From Chrysomallon squamiferum (taxonomy: Eukaryota > Animalia > Mollusca): 64,000 nucleotides of DNA. The position numbers were made by a program, and so were the translations under genes. Below are positions 63,449-64,000 of this stretch, piece by piece; positions within the stretch are counted from its first letter, which is position 1; each line of letters begins with the position of its first letter. The stretch covers positions 24,180,001 to 24,244,000 of the forward strand of contig CM022673.1 of assembly GCA_012295275.1 (NCBI GenBank), written 5' to 3'. The notes beneath the pieces were generated by a model that worked only from the letters and a program-made list of their open reading frames with translations, was not told the origin of the DNA and made no database searches.

Positions 63449-64000
63449 GTATATATGTATATTATGTATACGTATGGCTGTAACTGAACTCTGAAATGAG
63501 GCAAAAACCTGTATGATGTCTGATGTTGATGGCTTTGAAGTCAGTTTTGTCATTCATCGCGACGATGTTGGTAGACATCAAACGGTAAGCGTACACATAA
63601 ACGAATTCATTCAGTGGATATCGTTTCAATCGGATTGTAAATTTATAGTTTATGTTTTTTGAATAAAATCTTTGTATAAAAGAAAAAAGTTTTAAAAAAT
63701 TAAAAAATTAAACAAATTTATAAAATTAAAATCGTCACTGAAGGTATGTTAGACTGGCTTGATACATATCTACACTTGTGATTCGATAGCTGTATATCAA
63801 ACTAAATTGTGGATATATTTAATGGCGTACATGTGTAGGCACGTGCAGATGCGCAAAATCTGTCCACCTATTGGAGTGCTGAACATTTTCCATTGGCCAT
63901 TACCGTTATAATACTCAGATGTGTTAACAAAGTGTGAAACTTTGGAACCCAGATGAACATATAAATGACATAAGCTGGCCTAATTCGTGACTGTGCCTAA

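Overview
AT-rich animal genomic DNA with spliceosomal introns, many microsatellites and one 200-N gap (47061-47260). The host may be a mollusc/cephalopod, but that is only a compositional impression. Nearly the whole window is a tRNA-Glu(CTC) tandem array: about 25 intact, degenerate or fragmentary copies whose ~0.73-kb monomers carry different inserted cargo just 3' of the tRNA. (1) A ~1.3-kb module of ~100-bp hairpin-containing tandem repeats gives a 2.76-kb higher-order unit. (2) A ~2.35-kb block carries a secreted, di-cysteine-repeat galaxin-like gene with two coding exons and gives a ~3.1-kb unit. There are 10 such genes: 5 intact, 4 frameshifted and 1 with a nonsense codon. Two of them (G7, G8) form a second subfamily with 3 versus 8 perfect 28-aa repeats. 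(3) L1/Tx1-clade non-LTR retrotransposons target the tRNA. One copy splits a tRNA-Glu after nt 31 with an 11-bp TSD and poly(A). A second, near full-length copy sits where a tRNA is expected. A much older, divergent Tx1 relic also ends next to a tRNA-Glu 3' fragment. The array is arranged as large inverted arms (minus strand ~5.4-41 kb, plus strand ~43-64 kb and 1-4.3 kb). Most short ORFs in the supplied track are spurious read-throughs of tRNAs, microsatellites or antisense strands.
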